This document shows positions 50,243 to 63,300 of a stretch of 64,000 nt of DNA, in pieces. The stretch covers positions 13,977 through 77,976 of the forward strand of contig CAKPJX010000002.1 of the NCBI GenBank assembly GCA_934163035.1, in the 5' to 3' direction. The notes below the pieces were generated by a model, which worked only from the letters and a program-made list of their open reading frames with translations, ran no database searches and was not told the DNA's origin. Each line of letters opens with the position of its first letter. The first letter of the stretch is position 1. The position numbers and the translations under genes were made by a program. This DNA is from an uncultured Bacilli bacterium (GTDB taxonomy: Bacteria > Bacillota_I > Bacilli_A > RF39 > UBA660).

Positions 50243-50882
50243 CTATATCCATATCTAAATCTTTTTGATCATCCCTTGACTTATTACGTTTTTTACGATT
50301 ATTTTCAACATCACTAGGTGTTTTAATACCACTTTTTCCCCATTCATACAATATTTTATCTATATATCTTAAGTTAGAAACACCATTAAACGTAGCCTCT
50401 TTGATTGCCTCCTTAATAAGATCCTCACTAATCCCATTATCAAGCCATGCCTTAATAATTTCATATTCCATAGGACTAAGCGTACGTCCAAACTCTCTTT
50501 CAACTAATTCAAAAACATTAGTATTTATCTCTTTTTCAACAGCATTAGCATTATCCATCATAATAAATGATAATTTATTATAAAAATCATCTAGTAATAA
50601 GACCTCTTCCATTAATCCCTTATCATTTTTCACAACCTCAACATTAATAAGATGTTTATCTGTCAATATACTAATATATTCCATGACATCTTTAAGTTCT
50701 ATATTTAAATCATTACTAAACTTTGAAGGATTAAATAATGACTTATTACCAAGACTATATAAATACATCAAAAACACAAATGAACTCATATTTAAATCCA
50801 ACTTCTTTATTTCTCGTAATATATAAAGTGGTATAACTACATTCGCACTACTGAATATATCAATAAACTTTGAACTTTTCAT
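50214..50882 (-). CDS. dnaD: DnaD-domain replication initiation protein
   Basis: N-terminal winged-helix region and a C-terminal DnaD-like domain (ILYEWGKSGIKTP). The dnaD-nth adjacency matches Bacillus. Confidence 0.7.
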   Translation of the reverse strand: MKSSKFIDIFSSANVVIPLYILREIKKLDLNMSSFVFLMYLYSLGNKSLFNPSKFSNDLNIELKDVMEYISILTDKHLINVEVVKNDKGLMEEVLLLDDFYNKLSFIMMDNANAVEKEINTNVFELVEREFGRTLSPMEYEIIKAWLDNGISEDLIKEAIKEATFNGVSNLRYIDKILYEWGKSGIKTPSDVENNRKKRNKSRDDQKDLDMDIVDWNWFDDE

Positions 50883-50929
50883 TATCTCCCTCCTTCACCA
50901 TATAATAACATATATAAAAACAAATTAAA

Positions 50930-52024
50930 CTACTTTTTATAATTATGCATAATATATTTGACTAACTTACTTTTATCATTTTCTAAACCATCATATAATA
51001 TGGCATGTTCCAAGTCCTTATAAATATCATTTAAATACTCTCCTGGCTCCCTATTTAAAATACGAACTATCTCATCACCAGTTATATCAATATCACTTCG
51101 TTTATGAATAGCTAAAGAGTTATAAATAGATGTAATACTTTTTCGATCAATCCCCTTTATATCACCAGCTACACTATTAACATATAATCCATATTTATAT
51201 AAAGACATAGGATCTAAATTATCACACTCTAAAGCCTTATTAACATTAGTTATTAGACTCTTTTCAGTACTACTGAATGGATATATATCAACAACATTTA
51301 AAACACTCCAAATACCAATTAAATCACTAATATCTAAAGCATCTTTCAAATTAGGAATCTCAAGTATTTCATCAAGACCAAATTCCAGTAATAGCTTCAT
51401 TCCTCTTTTACGATTAGAAGAACTAAATATCTTTGATAACTCTTGCTTCTTACGATAGTATGATAAATTCTTAAGTAAATCTTTTTTACACTTAATTGCA
51501 AAAATAATAGAATCGTCTAACTGAAAATCTAAAACAGTCGCAAATCTAATTGCTCTAAGTATTCTTAAAGAATCTTCCTCAAATCTAATCTTAGGATCAC
51601 CAATACTAATAATCTTTTTATCCTTTAAATCACGAATACCATTAAGTAAATCAATAATCTTACCATCTTTATCCATACAAATAGAATTAATAGTAAAATC
51701 TCTTCTAAGTAGATCATCCTCTATTTTGTCAATATATTTTATCTCACTAGGCTTTCTATTATTAATATAACTAATCTCTCTCCTAAAAGTAGTAATTTCA
51801 AATCTTTGCCCATCTTTTAAAACAATAACCGATCCATAATCATCATTTGGTAAAGAAGAGTCTTTAAATATACTTTTAATAGCTTTAGGAGTAGCGTTAG
51901 TAGCAATATCAATATCCATAGATTTAATTCCTAAAATATAATCTCTAACAAAACCACCAACTATATATGCTTCATATGAATAACTATTAATTTCTTTTAA
52001 AATTTTCAATGCTGATTCTAACAT
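50930..52024 (-). CDS. cca: CCA-adding tRNA nucleotidyltransferase
   Basis: Pol-beta nucleotidyltransferase head GGFVRDYILG ... DIDIAT and an RRD motif (LRRDFTINS). Confidence 0.85.
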   Translation of the reverse strand: MLESALKILKEINSYSYEAYIVGGFVRDYILGIKSMDIDIATNATPKAIKSIFKDSSLPNDDYGSVIVLKDGQRFEITTFRREISYINNRKPSEIKYIDKIEDDLLRRDFTINSICMDKDGKIIDLLNGIRDLKDKKIISIGDPKIRFEEDSLRILRAIRFATVLDFQLDDSIIFAIKCKKDLLKNLSYYRKKQELSKIFSSSNRKRGMKLLLEFGLDEILEIPNLKDALDISDLIGIWSVLNVVDIYPFSSTEKSLITNVNKALECDNLDPMSLYKYGLYVNSVAGDIKGIDRKSITSIYNSLAIHKRSDIDITGDEIVRILNREPGEYLNDIYKDLEHAILYDGLENDKSKLVKYIMHNYKK

Positions 52025-52106
52025 TATCTATTAATCACTCCTATAATAGTATATCAAATTGAATTAATAAACACAATAAAAGAGCTATTAGTATAGCTCC
52101 AAAGTA

Positions 52107-52382
52107 TTATTCATTAACAGCGTCTTTTAAAGCAGTACCAGCTTTGAATGTAACAGCATTTCTAGCTTCAATTCTTACTACTTCACCAGTTCTAGGATTA
52201 CGTCCATCACGAGCTTCTCTCTTAGATACACCAAATGTACCAAAACCAACTAATGAAAGCTTGTCTCCTTTAGCTAAAACTTCAGTAATAGTAGTGAAAA
52301 CTGCATCGATTGCTTTAGCAGAATCAACTTTAGTTAATCCAGTCTTTTCAGCAACAGCATCTACAAATTCAACTTTTTTCAT
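52107..52382 (-). CDS. hup: DNA-binding protein HU
   Basis: 91 aa with the full HU signature, including the GFGTF ... RNPRTGE arm. Confidence 0.95.
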   Translation of the reverse strand: MKKVEFVDAVAEKTGLTKVDSAKAIDAVFTTITEVLAKGDKLSLVGFGTFGVSKREARDGRNPRTGEVVRIEARNAVTFKAGTALKDAVNE

Positions 52383-52487
52383 ATTAATTATAATACCTCC
52401 CTATTATTAATTAAGCATTACCATGCTTACATATCAAACTTATCATGTTTTATACTAAATTGCAAGGAATATCACCAAAATTTACAA

Positions 52488-52823
52488 TTATTTACTCATA
52501 TTTTTATTAATTGAACTAAGTAACCCTATAATATGTCCAATTTCAAAAAATAACATACAAACAAATAAACTAACAAACCAAACACCAATCATTAAAAATG
52601 AGTTAAATTCAAAAGATACACAAGTATTATCATAAACAGCAACACTACTACCACAAGATGGGAATAAATTACCAAGTATAATACCAAATATAATACACAA
52701 AACATATGTTACAATCGCAAATTTTTGATATCCATTAAATTTAAGTTGCCTAAATTTTTTCTTTATAGATTTAACATTAGGTAAATCCTTCTTTTCTTTT
52801 TCAATCTGCTCAAACATATCCAT
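52488..52823 (-). CDS. hypothetical small membrane protein
   Basis: 111 aa, two or three transmembrane helices, no motif. Confidence 0.3.
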   Translation of the reverse strand: MDMFEQIEKEKKDLPNVKSIKKKFRQLKFNGYQKFAIVTYVLCIIFGIILGNLFPSCGSSVAVYDNTCVSFEFNSFLMIGVWFVSLFVCMLFFEIGHIIGLLSSINKNMSK

Positions 52824-52825
52824 AA

Positions 52826-53656
52826 CTATTCATCCCCTTTCTTTTTATTACTATTCTTATCTTTCTTAGAAGATTCATCTTTATTTTCTTTTGCACTATC
52901 TAAAGAAGAATCACTACTTCCTCCAGTAATAACGCCAATAGCATCACCTATCTTCTCAGATATATTATTGTCTTCACAAAATTCCTGTACTTTTCTTACA
53001 CCCATATCAACAGTATCTTTAAATGAATTTATAACACCATCTCTATTATTAATAAATTCTCCATATAAATATATATATCTAGCAAACAAAATAGTATATA
53101 AACAATCAAGTAAAGATAAAACAATACCATCAAAATTACTAATAGTAATAAAGTTAACAGTAACTAAAACAACGTCAACTACAACAATAGCATAAAAATA
53201 CCAACTATTAGAAAAATCATTAAAAAATGATTTTTCTAATTTGAATTCTTTCCAAATAACTGTCTTCCTCAAAAAAGTATGAAACAAATATACAAATACT
53301 AAAAGTTGTACAATAAAAACTAAAAGACTAGTAAGAGAAAAAGACTGAATCACCGTCAATAATGATGCAACACCTTGAATAAAACATAATGCCATCAAAG
53401 CTAAATTAATATAGTTAAAATATGTTTTTCCAACCTTAAATCTTAAAACTACAAAGTAAGCTAAAATAAACATATAAGAAATACTATGATTTAAAACATT
53501 ACTAAATAAAGTAAATCCACTTACTTCACCATTTATCGCAAAAGACTGACTAAGTATAATAATTAAAGCTATTAACCCAACAATTAGTGTAGATATAATA
53601 GAAGGATTATTATACCATTCTTTTTCTATAGTTTTCTTTTCCATATAAATCACCAT
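52826..53656 (-). CDS. hypothetical polytopic membrane protein with a charged S/D/K-rich tail
   Basis: 276 aa, 6 transmembrane helices, C-terminal low-complexity tail; no motif. Confidence 0.3.
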   Translation of the reverse strand: MVIYMEKKTIEKEWYNNPSIISTLIVGLIALIIILSQSFAINGEVSGFTLFSNVLNHSISYMFILAYFVVLRFKVGKTYFNYINLALMALCFIQGVASLLTVIQSFSLTSLLVFIVQLLVFVYLFHTFLRKTVIWKEFKLEKSFFNDFSNSWYFYAIVVVDVVLVTVNFITISNFDGIVLSLLDCLYTILFARYIYLYGEFINNRDGVINSFKDTVDMGVRKVQEFCEDNNISEKIGDAIGVITGGSSDSSLDSAKENKDESSKKDKNSNKKKGDE

Positions 53657-53766
53657 CCTCTATAAAAATTATAGCACAATAACTAATGATATACTCTAAT
53701 TTAATATATTTTTATTTTAAACTTTACAATTGTATGATATAATACATCTGAATTGGAGGGGATAGT

Positions 53767-55077
53767 ATGTCATTACCTGTAGTAGCCCTAGTAGGTAGAC
53801 CAAATGTAGGAAAATCAACACTATTCAATAAAATAGTAGGAAAAAAAATATCAATTATTGAAGATATACCAGGTGTTACAAGAGATCGTATATATCAAGA
53901 AGTAGTCTACAACAAGAAAAAGTTTTATTTAATTGACACCGGTGGAATTGATACAAGTAAAATTAGTTTTAATGAAGAAATAAAAATGCAGGCTGAAATA
54001 GCTATTGATGAAGCCGATATAGTAGTTTTTATAGTAGATGGAAAAGATGGATTAACTTCAAATGACTTAATCGTAAGAGACATTTTAAGGAAAAGTAATA
54101 AAAAAATAATCGTCGCAATAAATAAAATAGATGTTAAAGAAGCTAAAGACAATTTATATGACTTCTATGAATTAGGATTTGAAAAACTAATACCAATAAG
54201 TAGTATTCATAATAATGGATATATAGATTTAATGGAAGCCATCACTAAAAATTTTAATGAACATGAAGAAAAAGAAGATTCTAGATTAAAACTTTCAATA
54301 ATAGGAAGACCAAACGTTGGTAAAAGTAGTCTTATGAATGCTCTATTAAATGAAGAAAGAGTTGTAGTATCAGATATAGCTGGAACAACAAGAGACTCCA
54401 TAGATTCTGTTTTAAAATATCATAATGAAGAATATATCTTAATTGACACAGCCGGTATGAGAAAAAAAGGTAAAATATTTGAAAGTATTGAAAAATATAG
54501 TCTTATGAGATCATTAAAAGCAATCGATAGATCAGATATCTCTCTAGTTGTTATAAATGCTGAAGAAGGTATAACAGAACACGATAAACATATTGCTGGA
54601 TATGCCATTGAAAAAGGTAAAGGTTTAATATTTGTAGTTAATAAATGGGATACCGTTAAAGATACAACAATCAATGAATTTGAAAAGAAAATGCGAGCTG
54701 AATTTCAGTTTGCTACATACGCCCCAATTGTCTATCTTTCAGCATTAACTAAAAAAAGAATTCATACCCTTATGCCAGAAGTAATAAAAACTGCTGAGAA
54801 CACTAAAAAAGAAATAAAAACAAGTATTTTAAATGATGTAATATTAGATGCATATCAATTAAACTTACCCCCTTCATATAAAGGTAAAAGATTGAAAATT
54901 TATTTTACATCACAAACAGGAACAAAACCACCTAAATTTACATTTAGAGTTAACAATAAAGGATTAGTACATTTTTCATATGAAAGATATCTAGAAAATA
55001 AAATTAGGGAAAACTTTGATTTTTCAGGTACGCCAATAGTTTTACAATTTAAAAATAGAAAGGATGATGACCAATGA
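53767..55077 (+). CDS. der: ribosome-biogenesis GTPase Der (EngA)
   Basis: Two tandem GTPase domains (GRPNVGKST twice, DTGG/DTAG, NKID/NKWD) and a KH-like C-terminus. Confidence 0.95.
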   Translation: MSLPVVALVGRPNVGKSTLFNKIVGKKISIIEDIPGVTRDRIYQEVVYNKKKFYLIDTGGIDTSKISFNEEIKMQAEIAIDEADIVVFIVDGKDGLTSNDLIVRDILRKSNKKIIVAINKIDVKEAKDNLYDFYELGFEKLIPISSIHNNGYIDLMEAITKNFNEHEEKEDSRLKLSIIGRPNVGKSSLMNALLNEERVVVSDIAGTTRDSIDSVLKYHNEEYILIDTAGMRKKGKIFESIEKYSLMRSLKAIDRSDISLVVINAEEGITEHDKHIAGYAIEKGKGLIFVVNKWDTVKDTTINEFEKKMRAEFQFATYAPIVYLSALTKKRIHTLMPEVIKTAENTKKEIKTSILNDVILDAYQLNLPPSYKGKRLKIYFTSQTGTKPPKFTFRVNNKGLVHFSYERYLENKIRENFDFSGTPIVLQFKNRKDDDQ

Positions 55078-55337
55078 TAATAGGAAACAACAACAGCTTT
55101 AGTAAAAATCCATTTTTAAATAATAAACAACATAATACTAATAATAACGTAAAAGACATAAGTACATTAACTGAGGATATATCACAATTCAAATATACAA
55201 ATCCAAAAGATAGAGATGCTATGTGTGACAAAAGCCTAGCTATGATAAGAGATAGATATGAAAAAAAACTAATAACACTAGATGAGTTTAAAAGGCAAAG
55301 TGATAAAATAAGAAAATTTAGAGAAAAAAATTATTAA
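55074..55337 (+). CDS. hypothetical small protein
   Basis: 87 aa, overlaps the der stop (ATGA); no motif. Confidence 0.3.
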   Translation: MIIGNNNSFSKNPFLNNKQHNTNNNVKDISTLTEDISQFKYTNPKDRDAMCDKSLAMIRDRYEKKLITLDEFKRQSDKIRKFREKNY

Positions 55338-55378
55338 CCAAAAAAGACCTTCTACATATAATTAAATAGGAGGTCTTT

Positions 55379-55618
55379 ATGTTTGGAGATAGCTTTTTTA
55401 AAAAAGTAGAAAAAAAGACAAATGTTAATAAAGAAACTATATTATCATTAGCCCAAAAACTACAAAACTCTAATATGAAAGATGAAAATACGATCAGAGA
55501 AATAATAAGTGATATAAGTAATATGACAGGAAAAGAAGTATCAAAAGAGAAAGAAGATAAAATAATTAATGCCATTATGAAAGACAAAGTACCAACAAAT
55601 ATAGATAAAATGTTTTAA
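55379..55618 (+). CDS. small protein resembling stage VI sporulation protein F (SpoVIF)
   Basis: 79 aa. FFKKVEKKTNVNKETILSLAQKL ... GKEVSKEKEDKIINAI resembles the SpoVIF family (memory-based). It has an RBS and a terminator downstream. Confidence 0.35.
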   Translation: MFGDSFFKKVEKKTNVNKETILSLAQKLQNSNMKDENTIREIISDISNMTGKEVSKEKEDKIINAIMKDKVPTNIDKMF

Positions 55619-55639
55619 AATTTATTAATTAAATAATAC

Positions 55640-55666
55640 GAAGCAAAGTAATATGCTTCTTTTTTG
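55640..55666 (+). terminator. intrinsic terminator after the SpoVIF-like gene
   Basis: GAAGCA-loop-TGCTTC hairpin followed by T6. Confidence 0.5.
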
Positions 55667-55687
55667 TGCCTATAAAAAGTTTTGAAC

Positions 55688-55725
55688 ATAAAAAGCTTTC
55701 CATAATAGGTATGGAAAGCTTTTTA
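55688..55725 (-). terminator. intrinsic terminator of the cadherin-like surface protein gene
   Basis: 14-bp hairpin AAAAGCTTTCCATA ... TATGGAAAGCTTTT overlapping the stop codon, followed by a T-run on the minus strand. Confidence 0.6.
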
Positions 55726-57339
55726 AATTGTTTCTAATTGTTCTTCTTTATTATTATCATTATTCTTCTTAGCTAGTACAAATAATACTACTGATATTAA
55801 AACTAAAACAATAAATATTATATATGGTAATATTCCGATACTACTCTTTTTCTCAACAGTTATTTTATACGTCTTAGTTGTTCCATCTTCTGCTGTTACT
55901 ATTATAGATATAACACTTCCATCTTTTAGATTACTGTTACCATCTATTTCATAACTTGCTTTACTATCACTACACTTAGCTTTTATATTAAGTTTATCTT
56001 CTTTTATCTTTACTTTATAATTATATGTATTAATATTAAATTCTAACTTATATCCATCAATAGTTAATTCCCTTAACTTATTATTTGAAGATAACTTAAC
56101 ATTTTTTTCTTGTCTAATTACAGTTAATCTATAACTCTTAACATCACCATTTTCTGCTGTTACTAATATCTCAAATAAATTCTCTCCTACTTTTAATTTC
56201 TTATCCCCTTTTATTTCTGTCTTTGCCCTAGAATTATTTAAGATTGCATCTATTGTTATATTCTCATTCTCATATGGTACTTTTATTTCATATGCAGTTT
56301 TATCATTTGAAACGCTTACTACACCAGTTGATAATTTAATTTCTTTTAAGGTATTATCCTTACTTCTATCATCTTTTCTTGTCACCTTAATAACATAAGT
56401 TCTTACATTTCCATTTTCAGCTTGAACACTTATTTTTATAGTATTTAAACCATAAGCCAGACTAACATTCATCGATTTACTTCCAGCAGTGTATTTTGAT
56501 TTAGCATCTGTTAAGTTAGAAGTAACTTTAATACTACTAACATTTGAATCTACATCTAAACTATACTCATTTTTACCTGGAGTAAAATTAATCTTACCAG
56601 GACTTAACGTTAAACTAGACAAAGTATTAACTGAACTTCTATTATCCGGTCTATTAACCTTTATTGTATAAACACTCCTATTACCTGCTTCTGCTACTAC
56701 AGCTATATAAAATGTATTCATTCCATAATTAAGGTTTTTAACCCCTAAACCATCTACTCTACCAACTGCTGTTCCAGATATAGTAATACTTTGAGAATTA
56801 GTAGTAACCGAATATACTGTTGTTGAAGGATTAAAACTAGGACTCAATGTTCCACCACTTACTGATAAAGAACTTAAATTAGAATCAGTTGATTTAGCCG
56901 CTATAGATCTAGAAACATCACTCTGAGATCTTTCTACATAATTTTCATCACCTAAACTAATACCAGTGATATTAACACTGCCACCACTAAACCCATTTCC
57001 AGCCTTTACTGTAAAACTTCCTATTGCTACATTACCAGTAAAAAGATTTTCTCCATAAAGTATAAACATACCGCCATTCTGTTTATCACCTTGCCATCCA
57101 GAAGCAATATTATAATTACTTATTTCTAAATTACTACCAACAACCTGACCAGTAAACGAAACAAGAGCACCACTAGATACAGGAACACTAATGCTACAAG
57201 TAGTTGATTCACCAGGAGCCAGCTTTGAAGCACCACAATTTAAGTTTACACTAGCACTTAAAGCATCAGCACTAAAAGGCATTAAAAACACTAAACCTAA
57301 AATAAACAATATCTTTTTTTTCATAATTACCTCTCTCAA
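55723..57339 (-). CDS. membrane-anchored cell-surface protein with about 4 cadherin-like beta-sandwich repeats
   Basis: Signal peptide; repeated LSSLSVSGGTLSPSFNPSTTVYSV ... VYTIKVNR-type modules (cadherin-like beta-sandwich domain); C-terminal transmembrane anchor and charged tail. Confidence 0.6.
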   Translation of the reverse strand: MREVIMKKKILFILGLVFLMPFSADALSASVNLNCGASKLAPGESTTCSISVPVSSGALVSFTGQVVGSNLEISNYNIASGWQGDKQNGGMFILYGENLFTGNVAIGSFTVKAGNGFSGGSVNITGISLGDENYVERSQSDVSRSIAAKSTDSNLSSLSVSGGTLSPSFNPSTTVYSVTTNSQSITISGTAVGRVDGLGVKNLNYGMNTFYIAVVAEAGNRSVYTIKVNRPDNRSSVNTLSSLTLSPGKINFTPGKNEYSLDVDSNVSSIKVTSNLTDAKSKYTAGSKSMNVSLAYGLNTIKISVQAENGNVRTYVIKVTRKDDRSKDNTLKEIKLSTGVVSVSNDKTAYEIKVPYENENITIDAILNNSRAKTEIKGDKKLKVGENLFEILVTAENGDVKSYRLTVIRQEKNVKLSSNNKLRELTIDGYKLEFNINTYNYKVKIKEDKLNIKAKCSDSKASYEIDGNSNLKDGSVISIIVTAEDGTTKTYKITVEKKSSIGILPYIIFIVLVLISVVLFVLAKKNNDNNKEEQLETI

Positions 57340-60300
57340 TCTAATGAATCAATTCTCTTTTTAACAAAACTATACATCTTAGATACATCAACAGCAGATA
57401 TTTTTCCATCACCAGTAACATCACTAGCTAACAAATAATAGTCTTCACTAATGTTTATCCTCTTCCTAATGTGACTATATACCTTAGATACATCAGCAGC
57501 AGTTACTTTTCCATCTCCATTAACATCGCCCATAATAATATTCTTTATCTCTAATACAACATCACTATTCTTCATTATTTTAGTAATACTACCTGTAAAC
57601 ACTAAATCATCTTCTCCAAGCAATTTATTTTCTAAATCATATACTGCTATACTATAATCTTTTCCAATATCAAATTTAGTTAAATATTCTTTTAATTTAG
57701 TATTAGGCTTAATATTTCTTAGATAATTATTACTATCAAGTACATAATCTTTTATTTCATAGTCAATATCAAGTTTCCAAATAGCATACAATATAATATT
57801 TTCATCATTGGAAGTAATATTATTAATTATTTGTTGATCTTTATATGATTTACCAGTTCCATCTGCCTTTGTGTTCCACTCCTTAAAGTAATAACCCTCC
57901 ATAACAAATGCATTTTTATTCAATGCAGCTTCTGTATCATAAATAAACTCTTGACTATCCATTGTACCAGAAGCCCCATTTGGCATAAATGCAATAGTAT
58001 AGTGAATAGGTACATACTGTGCATACAAGGTAATTACATCACCATCAGTAGCAGATAAATTAATAAGCTCTTTACTTACAGAATAGCTACTACCAGTTCC
58101 ATCTGCCTTTGTATTCCAAGAATTCAAAATATATCCCTTTTTAACAAATTTATCCATTGATACTTTTTTTGATTCATCATATTTAAGAGTAATATCAGAA
58201 AGTTCACCAGAAGTTCCATTATTATCAAATTTTACAGTATAACTAATAGGTGACCATATAGCATACAAAACTATTGTTCCATCACTATCAGCTAAGTTAT
58301 ATATTTCAGCCTTATCTTTATAACTATCACCGGTTCCATCTGCTTTTAAGTTCCATTCAACAAATGAGTATCCCACTTTAGTATAAGTATTTTCATTTAA
58401 GTTAACAATATCATCATAATTTAAAATCTGGTTAGGCATTTCACCTTCGCCACCATTACTATTAAATTGAACAGTGTATTGAATTGGCACCCATTGTGCA
58501 TATAAATAAATTATACTGCCATCTTTATCTGTTAAGTTAAAAATATCATCACCATCATTATATACAGAACCAGATCCATCAAGCATCGTATTCCAACCTA
58601 TAAATTTATATCCTTCTTTTGTATAAGCATTAGCTACTAAACTAGATTTAACATCGTATTTAAATATTTGATTAGGCATCTCACCAACAACATCATTACC
58701 AACAAATTTTATCTCATAGCTTATAGGAACCCATTGAGCATATAAAGTTATTGTTTCATTCTTATCTGTTAAATTTGTAACTATCCCTTTATTAGAATAG
58801 TTCTCTCCAGTACCATCAGCCTTTGTATTCCAACTTGTAAACTTATATCCTAATTTAGTATAGGTATTAGTATATAGCTGTTTAGCAATATCAAACTCAA
58901 AAATTTGATTAAACATCTCGCCTTCGCCACCATTAGGATTAAAAGTCACTTCATACCCAGCTATCATCCATTGAGCATATAGAGTAATATCTCCATCAGC
59001 ATCTAAAATATTCAAAACTTCAGCTTCATCATCATATGAAGTTCCACTTCCATCAATCATTGTGTTCCAACCTATAAATGTATAGCCATTATTTGTAAAT
59101 TTATTTTTTTCTAAATGATCAACTTTATCATAAGTAAGATGCTGATTTAACATTTGTCCATCTCCACCATTAGCATCAAATCTAACTTCATATTCAATAG
59201 CTTCCCATTGAGCATATAGGACAAGTGTTGCATTCTTATCAAGTAAATTAGATACTTCGCTATTATCATTATAATAGTAGCCCGTTCCATCGGCCTTTGT
59301 ATTCCAATTAACAAAATTATAACCATATTTAGTAAACTTATTAAAAGACAAATTATACAGATGACCATATTCAAAAACATCATCAGACATTTCGCCTTCG
59401 CCACCATTACTATTAAATTGAACAGTGTATTGAATTGGCACCCATTGTGCATACAAAGTAATACTAGACTCTCCATAATAATTTATATCCTCTAAATTAG
59501 CATTATCAGAATAGATATCACCATTACCATCGGCATTAGTACACCAAGAGGAAAAAGTATATCCTACCCTTTCAAACGAGTTACTATATAATTTTGAAAG
59601 ATTTTCATAAGTAAACGATTGATCTGGCATTTGGCCATAACCACCATTACCTTCATATCTAACAACATAATTAATAACTTTCCACTGTGCATATAAAACA
59701 ATAACAGAACCATCAACATCAGTTAATTCTCTAACATATTGTTTATCATCGAAAGCATCGCCAGTACCATCACTTTTTGTATTCCAACCAACAAATCTAT
59801 ATCCCCTTTTCTCATAAAGATTGCTGCTCAAATAAGCATCATCATTATACGCTAAAACCACATCATCCATAGTACCTAGTCCACCATTACTATTATATCT
59901 AATAGTATAAGTAATAATTGTCCATTGAGCATATAGAGTAACAGTTTCATTAGTAGTCAAATTTTTAACAGTAGCTTTGTCATTGTAACTAGTACCAGTA
60001 CCATCACTTTCTGTATTCCAACCTGTAAACTTATATCCCTTCCTAACAAAAGTGTTATCTGGTAATAAAAATTCTTGATCATAATATACTTTAAAGTCGC
60101 CAATTGAACCACTTCCAGCATTATTATCATAAATAACAGTATATTCAATAGCTTCCCATTGAGCATACAAAACAATAGTCTCACCAGCTAAAGCAATATT
60201 TTCAATTTCAGCATTACCTGCATAAGAATCACCACTTCCATCTTGAGCAGTATTCCAACCAACAAATTTGTAACCACCCTTACTGAAAATATTAGACTTC

Positions 60301-63300
60301 GTTTTAATAATCATATCAACAGGAACAGTTTCAGAAATAACATCACCTGTGCCATTATTTGAGTCATAATTGATAGTATAATTTTCACTACCTAAAACAG
60401 TCAAATCAACATCTCTTTCATAACCATCATAATTGCTAACAACATGAATAGTTGTTTTTCCAACATCAAGAGCTGTAATATTACCATCTTTATCTATACT
60501 GGCAATCGAATTATCTGCCATTTCAAAACTAATATTTTTAGCAAATAAACTATTAGGAGTAATAGCAGTAAATAAATTATAATTATCACCCTTATTCAAA
60601 GTAATATCGGAAACATTTGTATACTCAAAATTGACAAAATTAAGAATTGGTATACGGCTAATTCCATTTATATTATCTGACTTCCAATATTTGCTAAATG
60701 AAGCCCAAACTAAATATAAATTAACATCATTTAAATTAGTAATATTAGTCTTATTAACAGTAGAATCAACAATTCCATCCTCTAGAGTTTTGTTAGTAGT
60801 ATCATATATTGAAAAAGTTCCAGTACCACTAGTATAATATCCATTTTCCAAAGTAACATTATCAACAACATCAGAATAAACACGCCCTATAATTGAATTA
60901 TAATCTGAATAATCTGAGCTAGCATTATCAGATGCAATTACAAAATTATTAAGTGTAAGTCCAGCACCAACATTATCAATAAGTAAACCTTGTCTATATG
61001 ATTTTTCAGAAATATTAAATTTACCTAAAACCTCAATATTACTAATTGAAAGAGCAGTACCACTAGAACCATCAATAGAATTAATAAGCCAAGGATAATT
61101 AGAATGATTTATAGTAGAAGAAAATATACCATTAATCAACAATTTATTTTTATATCTTAGTGATATATCACCAATAAAGCTTCCATTCTTTATATTAATA
61201 TTATCACCCATTATAGCGATATTTTCAATTAATACACCATAATCAGATGTAGAAAGATTATAGTCAATATAATCAATAACCTCCTTAGAAAAAGCTCCCT
61301 TATCACTAGTTGTAAAATCTTTAAGAGTAAAATTTCTTATAATCGTAGGAGCATTTTTATTTGCACTCACTGTACTAAATAAACTATCATCAAGTCCAGA
61401 AATAATATAACCAGAACCATCAAAGTTTCCATAAAATTCAACTGGACTCCAAGAATAACCATCCACTGAACTTATATCATTACCTAATTTAAAATAGGCA
61501 TCTGGTTGATCACCTAAAGTTTCTAGTTCAACAACACTTGTAATAATATAAGGAGAATTTTCAACACCATCTCCAACAATTTCTTTTATTGGATATAAAG
61601 TAATTTTAGATTCAACATCAAGTTCTCCATATAATGTATGCAATGTATAAACACCTACAGGTACACTATTATCAATTGTAAAAAATGCATTAACAAAATT
61701 AGCTGAAACAACATTATTAGTAACTGACAACTTACTAGAAATATCAACACCATCAGAATCATATAACTTATAGTTTAAAATTTCTCCACTATTTATATTT
61801 TTAGTATTTGTTGAAACACTAAATTCATAATTATCAGAATTCTTTGTAGATAATGTACTTCTAAAGTAAGAATCCTTAGTATTAATTTCTTGTTTTGAAT
61901 CAACTGTTTTAGTAAATACTTGTGCACCATCAACAAGAAGACCACCATTAGAACCAAGAATCTTAATCGAAAAACTCTCATCCGCTAAAACAATATCATC
62001 ATTAGAAAAATCAACAGTATATAATCCAGGATTATCACCATCTAAAGTCTTAACTTTATTATTATTAACATAAACAGTATAAGATGCATCAGATGAAGTT
62101 GTAATAAATTTTACTTTCATAAGTTTTTCAGAAGATACAGATGCTCTCTTATAATCTATATGTAAATTAGATGTTATATAATAATAAGGCTTTTTAAGAA
62201 AGTTCGTTGAATAATAACCATTCCAATTCTTATCACTAGCACTACTAAGCTCAGTAACTAATCCAATATCACTATCTAATGAATCATAAGCTAAATACAC
62301 ATATGGATACCTATTTGCTCCCCAAGAATTCTTCAAGATCCAAGCACCTTTACCAGTTACGGTATCATCAGAGGAACATGAAGATGTATATTTAGAGTGA
62401 GAGTTAGAGTCATGACAATATTTATATTCATAATCATCATCCCAACCAACTATTTGCATTGCATGACTACTATTTTGTACACAATAATTATCAACCCTTA
62501 TTACAGCCGAATCATCTGTTAGAATAGAGCAACTAGATTGTGGACTCTCAGTCCCAACATATGCTCCACCATTCTTAATTACATTATTCTTAATTAAACT
62601 TAAATAACTATCTCTTTTTTTAATATCATCACTATTTGTCAAATCCAAATCAACAATATTAAGAACTGGTACTTTAATAGCACTATTAACTTCATATAAT
62701 GAGTTTTTATCATTTAAAACCTTTGAGTATTCTAATTGTTCTAAAGAAGAACTATATCCCATTAAACTATCATCAACCATAGTAAGACCAGAGGCCATAG
62801 CATAAGAACTAATAGTAAAGTTTCCTCCAGAGCCAAGGGCTCTAAAACCCATTTTATTATCATAATTTTTAATTCCATTATTTGAAGTAGCATAGTCTAT
62901 TTGTCTCTCAGAAAAAAGTTGAGATGAAGAATCATATGACTTATTACTAGAAATTAACAACTTACTCTCAATCTGCCCATAAGAGGCAAATGACCAGCAA
63001 ATCCCAAGATTACCTTGATCCTTAACTTCTGAAATGAAGTTTTTACCATCAACATTACCCAAATTATATTTGGAAGGTAAACCATCAGTAATATCACCAG
63101 TAGAAGTATAATCAAATATATAAGTTTCCGGTATTAAAGATGAAGCATTTTTCTCATCATCACTTAAAGTTAAATAATCTACAAATTCAGGATTTAAATA
63201 AGCAACACCATCTTTTTTATTTTTCTCAGTCAAAACAACATCACCAGTTTTTTCATACGCCTCAATAATAAAATTCTTAGCTTCAACTGGTAAATAACTA

